From Vitrella brassicaformis CCMP3155 (lineage: Eukaryota; Protista; Chromerida), in NCBI GenBank assembly GCA_001179505.1, contig CDMY01000204.1:1-64000 (forward strand): 64,000 bases of DNA, read 5' to 3'. Of this stretch, positions 39,302 to 53,123 are shown piece after piece. Under the pieces are notes generated by a model. That model was not told the origin of the DNA, searched no databases, and saw only the letters and a list, made by a program, of their open reading frames with translations. Position 1 is the first letter of the stretch, and each line of letters begins with the position of its first letter. The position numbers were made by a program, and so were the translations under genes.

Positions 39302-42300
39302 TCAAGGAGGGACGGGACATACCCACACCGACCTCAGACTTGCTTTGTGAGCTTGTCCATGAGCTATGCGCCTACCAGTGACTGAACTCGCTTCTTTGGG
39401 TGCAGGGCCCAGGCCAAAAGACTTCATGGAGAAGTCGGGAGTCTCTTTGGCGGGAGCGTCATGGCCGCCGTCGCTGCTGCTCTGCGGCTCTACCATCGAC
39501 TTCAACTCATCATCACTGGTTTGTGAAGCACGTGGGGGCAGCGGCTCGAGACGGACGTTTCTCGATATTTGGTGCTTTCTTCTCCCCTCACCCCGCGGCC
39601 GACCGCCCTGATATAAACACAAGCACATGCATACGGGCAAGACGACACGGCGACCTTTCTTGTGTTTCTTTCTTTGATGGCGTTTATATGCACACATGCA
39701 GTGTGCACACCTGGGAAAGGGGTCTGTCGCTTGTTGATTCATCCGATGCTCGGCCGTAGCTCGTGTGGGTGCTAGTCAGTTTAGGAGGCCACACGGAAAG
39801 TGACACGGGCTCAATGATGCCCCCATCCTCAGGCACCCGAGGACTTGGCGAGACCGAACGAGAGTCTGCATTCATTCGAACGGTATCTGGTGGCGCGTAG
39901 GATCCGTGCATTTGTCAACTCACCTGTTCTGCTCCGTCTGCCAGGTATTTGTTGGTCAGCCGGATGGGCTGTCCGCATCAGGTAGGCTCCGGTTGGAGGG
40001 GGCGGGGTTGGAGCCGAAGCAGGCGGGACTATCACGACAGGTCCCTCACTGGCTGAACTTTCATCACTTTCTTCCGCCTTTCTTTGTCTGTAGGCATGGT
40101 GAACTAGATCCGGAAGCTGAATTCTCCTTTGCCTGAGCCATCGATCCATACAGTGATGATTCCTTCTCATTGCCGCAATCCTTACGTCAGAGAGAATTGC
40201 GGCAAGGCCCACTTGTCCCTGTCTTCGTCAAATCTGGCCTGTGCCACGATCTTTTTGAGGTCTCCGGCCGACAGAATGTGCTGCACTATCTGGATGTGCA
40301 GCTTCAGCTGACGGGACTGCTCCCTGAGCGTCGACCCACCAGAGACATGAGCACATTAGACGGCTCTCGATCGACATCAACATGTCCAGCCTGATGGTTT
40401 CCAACCTGATCGTCTCTTGATACGCCTCTCGCTCATCCTCAAATTCACGTTGAAGATCCGTGACCTCGGACTTCATCTGCTTGTATCTTGTTCGAAGCTT
40501 GCGGATAACTTGCGTCTTCTCCGCCAGCTCATCTTGCAAGGTTTTATGCTGACGGTCTGCCATCAAAGCCGCCTCCTCGGCCGCCTCCTTTTCTTCCTTC
40601 ATACGCTTGGTCATCTGCATGCAGCATGGTGACATACGCATGCATCCAATAGGCAGTCACAAGGCGCACCTGTTTTTGTCTCTTCATCTTGCTTTTCATG
40701 TCCAGCAACGCTTTTTCATCACTCTGGCCGGTGACGACCTGGTGCTCCAGAGAGCCTATCAACGCTTCCAGCTTCTCTCTCTGTTCTCGCTCAGACTGCG
40801 CCATCTCCTGCAGCTTCTTTTTCTCCTCTTCCAACTTCGCCCTCTCCTCCTGCAGCACGGCATCCGTTGGCACAGCAGCAGGCCTTGACTCAAGGGGAGA
40901 AGAGATCCCATCGAGAAGGATCTCATAAGTTCCGTCCTGCTTTCGCAAAATAATCAAAGAGAAAGACCAGTTCTCCTTTTGCTCCAGGTGACACGTCTTC
41001 TTCCGCGTACATCCGTATCATCCGCATTGTCGCTGGCAGCGGTCCTGGCCGGCTCCTGGCCCGGTCTTCTGACCTGGAAGGGCGCGTCCACCACTTCCAT
41101 CACTTCCATTAAGCGATCTCCTTTTTGGGCGTTCCGATCGCTCATCTGCATGCGAGGCGAACCAAGTGGGGAACCGGGAGGCGCACGCACAGCGCACCTT
41201 GAATGAGACCTGCGCTCCTGTGTCCTGCTGTACGAATGCCCCTCCAGCGTGCACGCTCAGCAACTCCTGCATGCATCATTATGTATCCATCTGCCGTTCG
41301 TCTGTGTTGTATGTGCTTGTACGCACCTTCAAACGCTTGACTTCCTCCTAACAGAAGGCGCATAAAAATGCAACAAAAGAGAGAAAAAGAGATGATCGAT
41401 CAGTCTGGCCCATACCCTGCTCCTCGCTTTCCCCAAAACTGTACCTGGAGCTCGCGAAGCAGAGCGTCCTTGGGGTCTTCATTGATGACGGGTTTGTTCT
41501 TGATGCTCTTGGCACGATTGGCATACCTGAGCGTCGGCACAGCCCCACTCCCTTCCGGCTGCCTCGGCCAGGGTGTATCCACCTGAGTGTTGTGAGTGTC
41601 TCGTCATCTATTGAGTGCGGGGAAGGAGGGGAGAAATAGGAGACACAGAACGGGGACAATGACCTATGCGTAAAGCCATTATCGAAGCAGAGACATACAG
41701 TTCGTGTGAGCCGGTGAAATTGCAGCCACAATCACAGTGCGAGTGTTGCCTGCATGGATACACTCCCACATGGAGGAGACATGGGTGAAAGAAGTCGAAC
41801 GCCAGCCACTAACCTCCCAAGCTGTCTTGGAGTAAACGCGTAAGCTTCGAGTCCCGATAAGGAATGTGACTCGACTTGCCTGAGGTAGACGCATGGATGC
41901 CAGCTTGATTGGAATTCACCGCAGTTTATCTTTTCAGACCGTCGACCAATGCCGAGCTAAACGTACGCACACAGAAAGATCTCATTACTACAGGCATCGA
42001 GACAAGGCCTTTCTGTGCCTGTACATGCAGTTGCCTAGGGCTGAGAGCGAGAGATTTATCTTTGTCGCCTCCCTCAATCTGAAAAAGAGTATCAGGTTGA
42101 AGGATGCAGAAGACTGAGAGGAAGACAGTACCTGTCTCCACTAGCCCCCGTCTTCGACTGCCTTTCAGAGCCAGCCAGATCAACTGAAAGAAACAGGGAC
42201 GCGCTTGTCGTGTGCAAGTGGCAAGGGTGGTGAAACCGGCCACCGAGATTCAGCTTCCCAGCGGTTAGGTGTTCATCTCCCGTGCTGTCCCTTGTTGCGC

Positions 42301-43889
42301 GTTCGATATAGATAGCAAAGATCGCATGTGAGCGAGACGAGTCCCTGTTCATGAGCGTGGAGCCTACAGCAGACAGACAGATAGCAAAGAAAGAAGCAGA
42401 CTCGGAGAGCTGCACGCGACGCCGCGCAGACTGTCCTCAATAAGTTACCTGTTGTTCGATTCCTGTTTCCTTGAAACAACAATACAGCAAAGGAAAAACA
42501 TGTTTCTGCGCCTTTCTGTTTGGACATGTGAATACCACGTCTCATGCACTCTTCGATCTCGTATTTGCTTTTCATTACAGGCTTGCACAGGTCCTTCACA
42601 AAGATGCCTGGCAGATATGTCAAGCCAGGCGCAATCTTTTAGTGTTCGGGGCTCTCGTCCAGAGCCTTCACAGCTTCGCTGACCCTGATCTGTGGATTCT
42701 TTCAGCTCCAGTTTTCTCGTTGGGTCCGCGGCCAGCAAATCCCTGAACGATTCCTTGATTATTAATTTATCATGTACCTAAACGCCCACTCTGCAGCTCA
42801 CCTGATCTCCTCGTTATAGATCTAATGTTGTTGTTGTAGCAAAAGGATACTACACAATAGAGGTATGTTACTAGTTTGGTAGGCACACATACCTCCAGAT
42901 ATGAGCATACGATGAGGAAGCTGCAAAAGTTGCGAAACAACATATTCGTACGTGCGCACAATTCTTTGAGCTCACGTCGTGTCTTGATCAGCCGATTGAA
43001 TGGATAAGAAAATATGTTCGAAAGAATTCGGTATGATACCACGCTGGCGGATTTCGCAAAGATTCGCATAGTGAGACACCAACTGCAGCGATCGACAATT
43101 ACCAGGTCTGGGTCGTCGGGAATCCCTTCCATCGTATGTGTTTTCCTAAGGATGCGACATGGCCCATCCCTTACTTATGTTCGTGTTTAATCTTACTCAC
43201 CCACAACCTGATCACCAGATTAATGTGAAAGACAGTTTGAGAAGGCTCTCGTGTGTATTCTGCCTTTCTCACCCGTCTGCCCGTAGGCGAAGATCGTCCC
43301 GTTGTACCCCTCCTGAACTTTAAATCGGAACAATGTTCATTTTAGTGTGGAGTCGCATAATTCACCTCACCAGTGTCGACTCCACGATCGACAGCGCCAC
43401 CTGAGTTTCGACAAAGCCCCGCGGAGAGAGGACGAACATTCGTGTAGTGTTGAAGTGTTGAAGGATTACCTCATCGTATATTGCTACAGTGACAACGGAA
43501 TTATCGAGAGACGCAAGACCGTTTGACTGGGCAACGCGAACCAGTCGAGTGTGGGAACCTACCTCGCTGTTTGGCATCCGTATCATACACTTGATCAAAT
43601 GTGAAAGCCTGAGGCCACACTCACGACGCATGGTCAACGACAAACACATCCAGCACGCAGACCTTTGGGGGCTCGTTTGCTGCGTCTCTGGTCAGAGTGA
43701 TTTGACCGATGGAAGTATCGATATTGACTATCCTGCAAGCGCAGGACAGAGGGAAAGACGGGCCTCAATGTGTCGTCCACACATCGGCGTTTGTGACCTC
43801 TTTACCCTTTACCGTTTGGCGCCTTCGCTCTGCTCCCTAGCGTTCAAAGGTCGGCATCTGACGACGACTTTGACATTTTCGCTCGCCAT
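39302..43889 (-). CDS. Kinesin-2 family motor (KIF3/FLA10/OSM-3-like)
   Basis: [53 protein letters not shown]|[42 protein letters not shown], then coiled coils. The 3-prime end is approximate. Confidence 0.92.
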
Positions 43890-44952
43890 GCCCGTCGCAG
43901 AGTGGGTGAGTGCAGGTAGAAATGGAGTTAAATTCCGTCCCGTTGAGCGCGGGGGAGGCGCAGGTCTCTCCTGATCAACTTGAAATCTCGCAGATCTGCG
44001 CCGTTGGGGAGGCCCCCATGTGCCCCCAACGATGACGATGATCCCTCCCAACGGAGAGACGATGATCCCTTCACATGACCTTTCGTCCGTGAAGCACCGA
44101 CACCGCCGAGACGGCGTGGAGAGCGTGTATTCCGTGAGTGTGTACGGAGGATCCGATCATGGTCTTCGTTTGCAGTGTCTGGCGGTTTCCTCTCACGTAG
44201 TAGTGTCGCATTCTACGCTTTCCCGTTCGAGAACGAATGGCGGTGAATGGACATTCATTCTTCTCCACGCCGTACCCACACACGTTTCTGCCTGCCCATG
44301 TCACTTGGGTGTCTGGGTTCCGTGAGATGGTGTCGAATCCGCCAACTGCGGAGGGCACCGAGGGTGCCTGAAGCGCCGACGGCAGGTCAGTCAATCTGAG
44401 TGATTCATGGGTGGTGAAGCGAGGAATGCAGCCGTCAGGCTGCAGACCGATGCGGAGACTGACACTCAAATCATCATCATTGAGACGCGTACGTACATTC
44501 ATACAAGTGGCATGTAAGCAAGCAGATAAGCAGCCCTCTCCTCGTCATTCATCCAAACGCCCGACTCCCTCACGCATATAGCGTGCAGACAAACTTTCGT
44601 GCACACGAAAGTTTACCGTTCCGAGTGTGCCCCCAGAACGGCGACGCCACAAAACTGCGAATCCTCCACCCTCCCTCATCCGTTGAGTGAGCCAGTGACA
44701 TTCGCAAGCGACGGTACACATACACACACATACACAGACGGACGCAGAGACACAGAGAGTCGCATCCGGAGAGAGAGACACTGGCACACGCAAGAATATT
44801 CTCTAAAATTCCCAAAAGCGCCCGATAAGGATACCATTGCTCACGCACACATTGACTGATCTCACGACATCCAGTAAGGACACCACACACACACACACAC
44901 TCACACACACGTATTTGTGCGTTGGTAAATAAAGGCAACACAGTCGAGTCAG

Positions 44953-47822
44953 TCACATGCAGGCGGGGGAGGTGACGACGCTCGAGTAGGCCATGACGGA
45001 GTCGTCATCGGCCAGCGCCACCACCTGGAAAAACAGGCACTGCGAACGGCCCGCATCGACAGCCACCCAGTGCTCAAACCGCGTCTTGATCACCGTTTCA
45101 AGGTGCTCGCTAACGTCGTCGGCGACCGGGCCCTGCATGACCCGCCACTTGGCCACATTGGTGGCGCCGTTCCAGCTGAAATGCAGCTGCAACAGGCCAT
45201 CTCCGTTGTCGTTGTCGAGCAGTGCGACGGGCTGCCACGTGGGCCGGCCCGTCCAGGGGGCCTTGACGCTCCGATAGCTGTGGTAGGGGCCATCCCACCT
45301 CAGACTCACCAACCAGCTTCCGGATGGGCTCGTCTGATCCACACAGGCATGCAAAGGAGACGGAGGAATCACAACACAGATGCAATAGACGGCAATGGAT
45401 GCAATGCAACTCGTCTCTATAGTCCATGAACGGACATACCTCCGCATAGAATGGGTTGCCGACGACGTTTTCCTCCTGCATTGATGTGAAGACGCGTGTG
45501 CATCGTCATTGTCTTTTCGTGACAGCGGGTCTGACCTGTATTTCCTGATCGTTGGGATTGAACTTGTCTGGGACGTCGAAGCCCAAGCAAACGGCTCTGT
45601 TGCCGTTGTCGAGGCGGCGGTAGCTGCCCTTGGCGTAGGCGCGCATGCCGCTGTCCCACATGCTCTCGACGCGGGCGACCGTCGGCGTGCCGTCGCCATC
45701 GAATTCCAGCGCGTAGTCCATTGCCCTCGCGTGGGTGTCTCCTGTGCGGACGGCATTGTCGAAGAGCGTGATGATGTCGCCGCCGAGGTCGCGCGCGTCG
45801 TGCTGGGCGGCGAACTGACCATTCGGGTCGCCAACTATCTCGAACGAGCTACGCTTTCCGCCGAGACGCCACAAGACTGCACCAGTGGTCCTGGATGAAG
45901 AGGAGAGAGAACCATGTGGTAGCAACGGCGCAAGAGGGAGGAAGCAACGACCATTCGTACCTGTCGATCTTGATGACCTCGTTGAGCGCGCGAAGTGACA
46001 CAAGAAAGTTGCCGTCCGGGCCCTCGTCCACACTGTTGGCGTGTGCGATGTCCCATATGTTTTCCCTCACTGGGATCTCCGTGTCCTGCCAGGAGCTGGG
46101 CAGATGGTCCCACATACGCCACTCAAAGACGCAGTAGCCTGCGTACAGATGGACAGAGGAGAGCGACGCAGTAGTTGCCCGGCAGTCGGTCTCTGTCTGT
46201 ATGGCCGACTTACCTTCCGGCGTCACCTCCTGCAGCACGAGTCCCACGGCCCATGTGCTGCTGGATGCCCCGAGCAGCTCTGGCCGCAACCTCGTCAGAT
46301 CAAGCTGCTGGGGGTCGTAACTGACAGCATCCAAAGGCAAGGCACACAATGACCAGGCACAACAAATGACCGAGCACCACGGGCTTCTGCTCACATGAAC
46401 AGCATTCCATTCCCATTCTCAAGTATCATGTAGTCGTGTTGATTTGCAACTGCAAGAGTGAGACAGGAACAAAACTCACACAGTGCCGCGTTCCCTTCTC
46501 GCTGGTTTGTCACTCACTGTGGCCATGTTGGGTGCTGGTCCTTTCAGTTTCCTCGTAGTCTTCTCCAAAGGCAGCCAAGGTCATGAAGGAATCATAGACG
46601 GCCATGATGGACTGGGTGCCATCGCCCGTCGGAGCGAAGTAACCTGTTCAAGGCCATCGATCATATATCAGTAGGTATCCTTCAACTACAAGACGGTGAC
46701 TTACTCATCACACGCGACACGTCAAAAAAGACGGGATCGCCGTGGTCGGTCTGCGGAAAACACACGAGAGAAAAGGTAGACATCAGTCCATCGAGTGCCT
46801 GCCCGACGTGTACACCACCCAGCCACACATCTCACCATCATGATATTCAGCTTGCCGTAGTTATCGTTTGTGAATTGACTAGTCCAGACGTAGCCAGGGG
46901 CCAGCTGGGACTTGTTGCTGTGGATTGTCAGAGTACCGCTGGGGAATCCATCCGGAAGCGTGCGATAGCGCTGGTCGGGGAACACGTATTGCTGCTCATG
47001 GGACTGCAGCATTCTTCCAGTTGCAGGGGCGGGACCGTCGTGCTGGAGCTGCCGACGTGTGACAAAGGTGGTGTTGGACGCAGGGGGTGAGCCTCCCGTG
47101 AGCAAGAAGCCTTCCTGCATCTGACGGATCGCCTCGATTACCTTGGGCGGCGTCGCCTCTCGGAGCCCACGGCTGTTGTTGTTCTCCGTTGTGTTGGTTG
47201 TGTTGGTGCTCCAATCAGGTCTACCAAACGGAAACACGGAATCGAAGTAGGTATCGAGAGGGCGATAAGATACGAGGAATCCCCATGTCGCTTCTGGCAG
47301 GGATCTCCCGCTGATCGTCTGGACTCCCGCCGCCACCGTCACGATCACGCCCTCGCCAGGCTCGAAGGGCGTCGCTGGCACAAACATGAAAGTGGCACCG
47401 TCGCGCAGCAGGAGGGTCTCCCCCTCGTCATGGCTGCCCGAGACCTGGCCCGTGACAGTCAGCTTGCCGTAGATGGAGTCCTCTTGGAGCGCCTCGCCCA
47501 CCCGCCAGGCAATCGTCGTGTAGGCGCTGACCAGCTCAGCCCCGGACAGTGGATGCGAGTAGATCAGATGCGTCCTCTGCTGGAGGTCGTCGAGGGGCGC
47601 CAGCCGCCTGCCGTGAGAGGCACTCTCAAGCCTCCTCTCCCCGCCGCGAAAGGCGCCATGGGCCCTGCTGGCCGCAGCGCGCTGTGAGAGCCGCAGCAAC
47701 TGGTCCGTGTGAAGTCGGGCTACATCGTCGTCAGTCAGAGAAGAGGCAAGGTCAGACAGCAGGGATGTGCAGCTGCACATAAGCAAGAGGCAAGAGCTAC
47801 GAAGAAAATTGCCCGCTCCCAT
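44953..47822 (-). CDS. Secreted arylsulfotransferase (ASST-like) with N-terminal Ig-like domain, copy 1 (complete)
   Basis: Signal peptide; Ig-like YSHPLSGAELVS...FVPATPFEPGEGVIVTV; ASST motifs FEWRMWDH, DIAHANSV, FLVSLR...KIDR, LWRLGGKRSSF, QHDAR, ITLFDN, FSWNGATNV. Confidence 0.85.
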
Positions 47823-48209
47823 TTATATATGCTATGGGGAGAAAAGGAAAGAAAAAGAAAAGGAAAAAGAGAAGAGAAAGAACTCACACACCGCGTAGGA
47901 TGCCGTTAATCTGGCCAGGGTCAGTCTGGCCAAGTTCGCTGGCCATTCTGGCAGGTGCACGGCAGCAGCTATACTCGGTGCAGGATATGAAAGCTCTCCT
48001 GCGTCGAAGTGCGAGGGATTTGAATTTTCCATTCAAAAGCGTCTAAGGGCCGTTGCCGGAAGTTCATCAATGCATACACGACAAGTAAGCAAGCAAAGAG
48101 TGCGCGTGTGGATGTGGTCCCTTCCCCCTGAGGCTCCCTCTCTCTCTCTCTCTCTCTCTCTCTGACCCGTGACTCTAGACTGATGTTGTCTTTCTTCAGC
48201 GCTAGCTGC

Positions 48210-48529
48210 NNNNNNNNNNNNNNNNNNNNNNNNNNNNNNNNNNNNNNNNNNNNNNNNNNNNNNNNNNNNNNNNNNNNNNNNNNNNNNNNNNNNNNNNNNN
48301 NNNNNNNNNNNNNNNNNNNNNNNNNNNNNNNNNNNNNNNNNNNNNNNNNNNNNNNNNNNNNNNNNNNNNNNNNNNNNNNNNNNNNNNNNNNNNNNNNNNN
48401 NNNNNNNNNNNNNNNNNNNNNNNNNNNNNNNNNNNNNNNNNNNNNNNNNNNNNNNNNNNNNNNNNNNNNNNNNNNNNNNNNNNNNNNNNNNNNNNNNNNN
48501 NNNNNNNNNGCCCTTGCGTGGGTGTCTCC
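48210..48529. other. Assembly gap (320 N)
   Basis: Run of N between the two arylsulfotransferase copies. Confidence 1.
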
Positions 48530-50598
48530 TGTGCGGACGGCATTGTCGAAGAGCGTGATGATGTCGCCGCCGAGGTCGCGCGCGTCGTGCTGGGCGGCGA
48601 ACTGACCATTCGGGTCGCCAACTATCTCGAACGAGCTACGCTTTCCGCCGAGACGCCACAAGACTGCACCAGTGGTCCTGGATGAAGAGGAGAGGGAACC
48701 ATGTGGTAGCAACGGCGCAGCGGGAGGAAGCAACGACCATTCGTACCTGTCGATCTTGATGACCTCGTTGAGCGCGCGAAGTGACACAAGAAAGTTGCCG
48801 TCCGGGCCCTCGTCCACACTGTTGGCGTGTGCGATGTCCCATATGTTTTCCCTCACTGGGATCTCTGTGTCCTGCCAGGAGCTGGGCAGATGGTCCCACA
48901 TACGCCACTCAAACAGGCAGTACCCTGCGTACAGATGGACAGAGGAGAGCGACGCAGTAGTTGCCCGGCAGTCGGTGTCTGTCTGTATGGCCGACTTACC
49001 TTCCGGCGTCACCTCCTGCAGCACGAGTCCCACGGCCCATGAGCTGCTGGATGCCCCGGGCAGATCTGGCCGCAACTTCGTCAGGTCAAGGCGGTGTGTG
49101 TCGTAACTAATGAGCGCAACAAACACATATAGAGGGAGCATCTACATGGGGTCGCAATGTGCGGACAGTGCCATCCTAACATCAAGAATAAACCATTGCC
49201 GTTCTGAAGGATCATGTAGTCGTGCTGATTTGCAACTGCAAGAGTGAGACAGGAACAAAACTCACAGTGCCGCGTTCCCGTCTCGCCGGTGTGTCACTCA
49301 CTGTGGCCATGTTGGGTGCTGGTCCTTTCAGCTTCCTCGTAGTCCTCTCCAAAGGCAACCAGGGTCATGAAGGCATTGTACACGGCCATGATGGACTGGG
49401 TGCCATCGCCCGTCGGAGCGAAGTAACCTGTTCGAGGCCATCAATCGTCGATCGTGTGTCAGTCTCGTCTAGCTACAAAACGGTGACTTACTCATCACAC
49501 GCGACACGTCGAAAAAGACGGGATCGCCATGGTCGGTCTGCGGAAAACACATGAGAAAAGGTGGAAGCCAGTCCATCGAGTGCCTGCCCGACGTGTACAC
49601 CACCCAGCCACACATCTCACCATCATGATATTCAGCTTGCCGTGGTTATCGTTTGTGAATTGACTGGTCCAGACGTAGCCAGGGGCCAGCTGGGACTTGT
49701 TGCTGTGGATGGTCAGAGTACCACTGGGGAATTCATCCGGAAGCGTGCGATAGCGCTGGTCGGGGAACACGTATTGTCGCTTCGTGGTGCCTTTCTTCAC
49801 ATTGGTAGTATTCCGATGCTGGAGCTGCCGACGTGTGGCAAAGGTGGTGTTGGACGCTGGGGGTGGACCTCCCTTGAGCAAGAAGCCTTCCTGCACCTGA
49901 CGGATCGTCTCGATTACCTTTGGTGGCGTCGCTTTTCGGGTCCCACGGCTGTTGTTGTGCTCCGTTGTGTTCGTTGTTTCGTTGCTCCAATCAGGTCTAC
50001 CAAGTGCGATGACGGGTTCAAAGTAGGTATCGAGAGGGCGATGAGATACGAGGAATCCCCATGTCGCTTCTGGCAGGGATCTCCCGCTGATGGTCTGGAC
50101 GCCCGCCGCCACCGTCACAATCACGCCCTCGCCAGGCTCGAAGGGCGTCGCTGGCACAAACATGAAAGTGGCACCGTCGCGCAGCAGGAGGGTCTCCCCC
50201 TCGTCATGGCTGCCCGAGACCTGGCCCGTGACAGTCAGCTTGCCGTAGATGGAGTCTCCCTGGAGCGCCTCGCCCACCCGCCAGGCAATCGTCGTGTAGG
50301 CGCTGACCAGCTCAGCCCCGGACAGTGGATGCGAGTAGATCAGATGCGTCCTCTGCTGGAGGTCGTCGAGGGGCGCCAGCCGCCTGCCTTGAGAGGCACT
50401 CTCAAGCCTCCTCTCCCCGCCGCGAAAGGCGCCATGGGCCCTGCTGGCCGCAGCGCGCTGTGAGAGCCGCAGCAACTGGTCCGTGTTAAGTCGGGCTACA
50501 TCGTCGTCAGTCAGAGAAGAGGCAAGGTCAGACAGCAGGGATGTGCAGCTGCACATAAGCAAGAGGCAAGAGCTACGAAGAAAATTGCCCGCTCCCAT
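48530..50598 (-). CDS. Secreted arylsulfotransferase, copy 2 (3-prime end lost in gap)
   Basis: Tandem duplicate of copy 1 with the same exon pattern; reads to ...VRTGDTHAR before entering the N run. Confidence 0.8.
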
Positions 50599-51252
50599 TT
50601 ATATATGCTATGGGGAGAAAAGGAAAGAAAAAGAAAAGGAAAAAGAGAAGAGAAAGAACTCACACACCGCGTAGGATGCCGTTAATCTGGCCAGGGTCAG
50701 TCTGGCCAAGTTCGCTGGCCATTCTGGCAGGTGCACGGCAGCAGCTATACTCGGTGCAGGATATGAAAGCTCTCCTGCGTCGAAGTGCGAGGGATTTGAA
50801 TTTTCCATTCAAAAGCGTCTAAGGGCCGTTGCCGGAAGTTCATCAATGCATACACGACAAGTAAGCAAGCAAAGAGTGCGCGTGTGGATGTGGTCCCTTC
50901 CCCCTGAGGCTCCCTCTCTCTCTCTCTCTCTCTCTCTCTGACCCGTGACTCTAGACTGATGTTGTCTTTCTTCAGCGCTAGCTGCACACATGAAACCACG
51001 CATCAATCAGTCCATCAATCAGCGCCTCCCCCCCTCGTTGATGAGTCTCACCTTGCTGGTAGAGTGGAGTTGGCTGTGTGCCGGCCCGCCCGTCTCCTTC
51101 CCCCCACCCATGGGCTGCTGCAGCGGCCATGCTGTCGGTTACGTGGAATTTGCGTCGCTTGGGGAGGGTGGTGGCGATGCACGGCTGTGACGTGTCATCG
51201 CCCATATGGTTAGTGTGACATCCTAAAACCGCCCGGATCTGCAGCCGTGTTT

Positions 51253-51280
51253 GGGTTTCAGGGTTAAGGGTTTCAGGGTC
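51253..51280 (-). repeat. Interstitial telomere-like tract
   Basis: gggtttcagggttaagggtttcagggtc, four degenerate GGGTT(T/C)A-type units. Confidence 0.55.
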
Positions 51281-51379
51281 CCGCGGCCGAGACACGCCCC
51301 CCCCCCGCCCCCGTTTCTACGAGCAGCCGTGAAGTCCTCATCCCATTGCTTTCATCCCGTTGATCGGATGATTCGGATC

Positions 51380-52986
51380 CCGATGGCTCTCTATACCTGG
51401 TCGCTCTGCATCGCCCCTGATCCTCTGTCAGCTGTGTCAACAAGTCTCCTCGTCTCGTGTCGCGGAGGGGGATCTGGTGAGCTGCTCACAACCGCCCAAG
51501 AACCTCCCTGAGGAGCCAATCGACATCAGGTGGATAAGAACAGATATAGACGGTATACCTTGCTGGTCTGGGCCGCTGCAATGAATGCATCGATTGCAGT
51601 TGTTCTGTGAAGGTCCCTGAGGCGTTCAGGAAGCGCATCCAGGCGGACCTCAGGGACAGCCTGGATGAAAGGGGCAAAGACACGCTCGGTGTAGTCTTGC
51701 GTCTCCGAGGTGTTGAGCCCACTCGACTAGTGGTGTCACTGCAGAAGGTATGTATTCCATCTTACGTAACCATACGACAACACTCAGACGTCTCCCTCAG
51801 GTCGAGGGGCTGGACGTGACAGGTGGTGACTGCCTTTTGGAAATCGATGGCTCGTGGTCGGGGCCGCGTACCTGCTACTTGGCTAGGTATGTGCATGAGT
51901 ATGTATTATGTGCATGACCGAGAACACAAGCTGTCAGCCCTTTTATGTATTATTGTGTCTCTGTCCAGTCTGAACAAGGCCGACAAGCTGAATGGGAACA
52001 CAATGCTAGTGGGGATGTTATCATGGATTGACCAGTTTTCGCCTGCCTACAACTGCACAGAGGTGACAATCTTTGACCTTAGCAGCATCAAGGAGATGTA
52101 TGTGCTCTCAAAAGGAGGTACGCGCAGATGATGCACAGGCTCTGACATGCACATCGATCCATTCAATTCGTCGGCATGTGCATGTCACACTTCTACTATC
52201 AATCCTTTGGCTTCCAGCATGCCCCTCCTACGGACCAAGACGGCATCGAAGAATGCAAGAAGATGACCAGCTCTCTTTTTGACAGGAACGCGGACATTCT
52301 TCCGACCGCCGAATTCAATCTCGTCAACAAAATCCACAGGATCTACAAGAGGATCCTCGACGTCAACATTAATGATGGCGCCGCCACACTCGAGCAACTC
52401 GAGCAGCTCCGCCGCAGAACGGTCGAGGGCGTAAAGCACGAGAGCCTGGCCGGGCTGCGCATAGTGTTCGACGTCCTCAAGGCTTGGCCGAAAGTCGAAA
52501 AGATGACTCGTGAGTGCGTGGAAAAGGGAGAGAGGATTGCTGGCGGCCCGTGAAACCCCCAAGCCAAAGAGCTGCTGCCCCGTCTGGCCCCATCAGTGAC
52601 CATCGACCGCAGCTACCCCCCAGGCAGCACGGCCCACCAGGTCATTACATGGACTCAGTACGCGCTCAGCTGCCTTGATTGATGGTACAAGTGTGTGTCT
52701 CTCTCCTGGTGTGTGTGTCACCAAACAGATCATGTGCCTCATTCAATCAGCCCATCTGGTGCTCGTGACGAGCGAAGACAAAGAGGTGCTAAGAAAAGAG
52801 ATGGAGGAAAACCCGTCCCTCAACCTGCTCAGATCCAGCCTCCCTGACGACGCGCAGTACTGCCTATTCGTCGCGGATGGTGTGCGGCAGCTGAACGACA
52901 CACATGCCTACAGCCTGGTGGAAGAGTTTGCCCCGGAGCTCCTGCAGGAGAGCGGGAAGAGGCAAAAAGAGGAAGCAAAAGACTGA
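51380..52986 (+). CDS. Hypothetical multi-exon protein
   Basis: Coding-like exons (VPEAFRKRIQADLRDSLDERG...; FQHAPPTDQDGIEECKKM...; VLRKEMEENPSLNLL...EEAKD stop); no family recognised; start uncertain. Confidence 0.5.
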
Positions 52987-53123
52987 TGACACTCAAGAGG
53001 AGGAAGCAAAGGAAGCGAGGAGAAGCAAGGCACAGAAATATCAATGGTAGAAACCATGAGACACGAATCATCCGGGCCGCAGACGGATCGAACTCGACGG
53101 GCCACCTGCCTCTTCGTGCGGAT

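Noticed and set aside
30614-43889. Proximity of flagellar genes (CCP and kinesin-2)
   Set aside because: Two genes separated by unrelated ones are not evidence of clustering.
47832-48032. ORF upstream of each ASST copy that would stop just before the main ATG if spliced (possible uORF)
   Set aside because: Identity between copies reflects the recent duplication; no independent evidence of translation.
50978-51295. ORF containing PETLNPET
   Set aside because: Artefact of translating the telomere-like tract.
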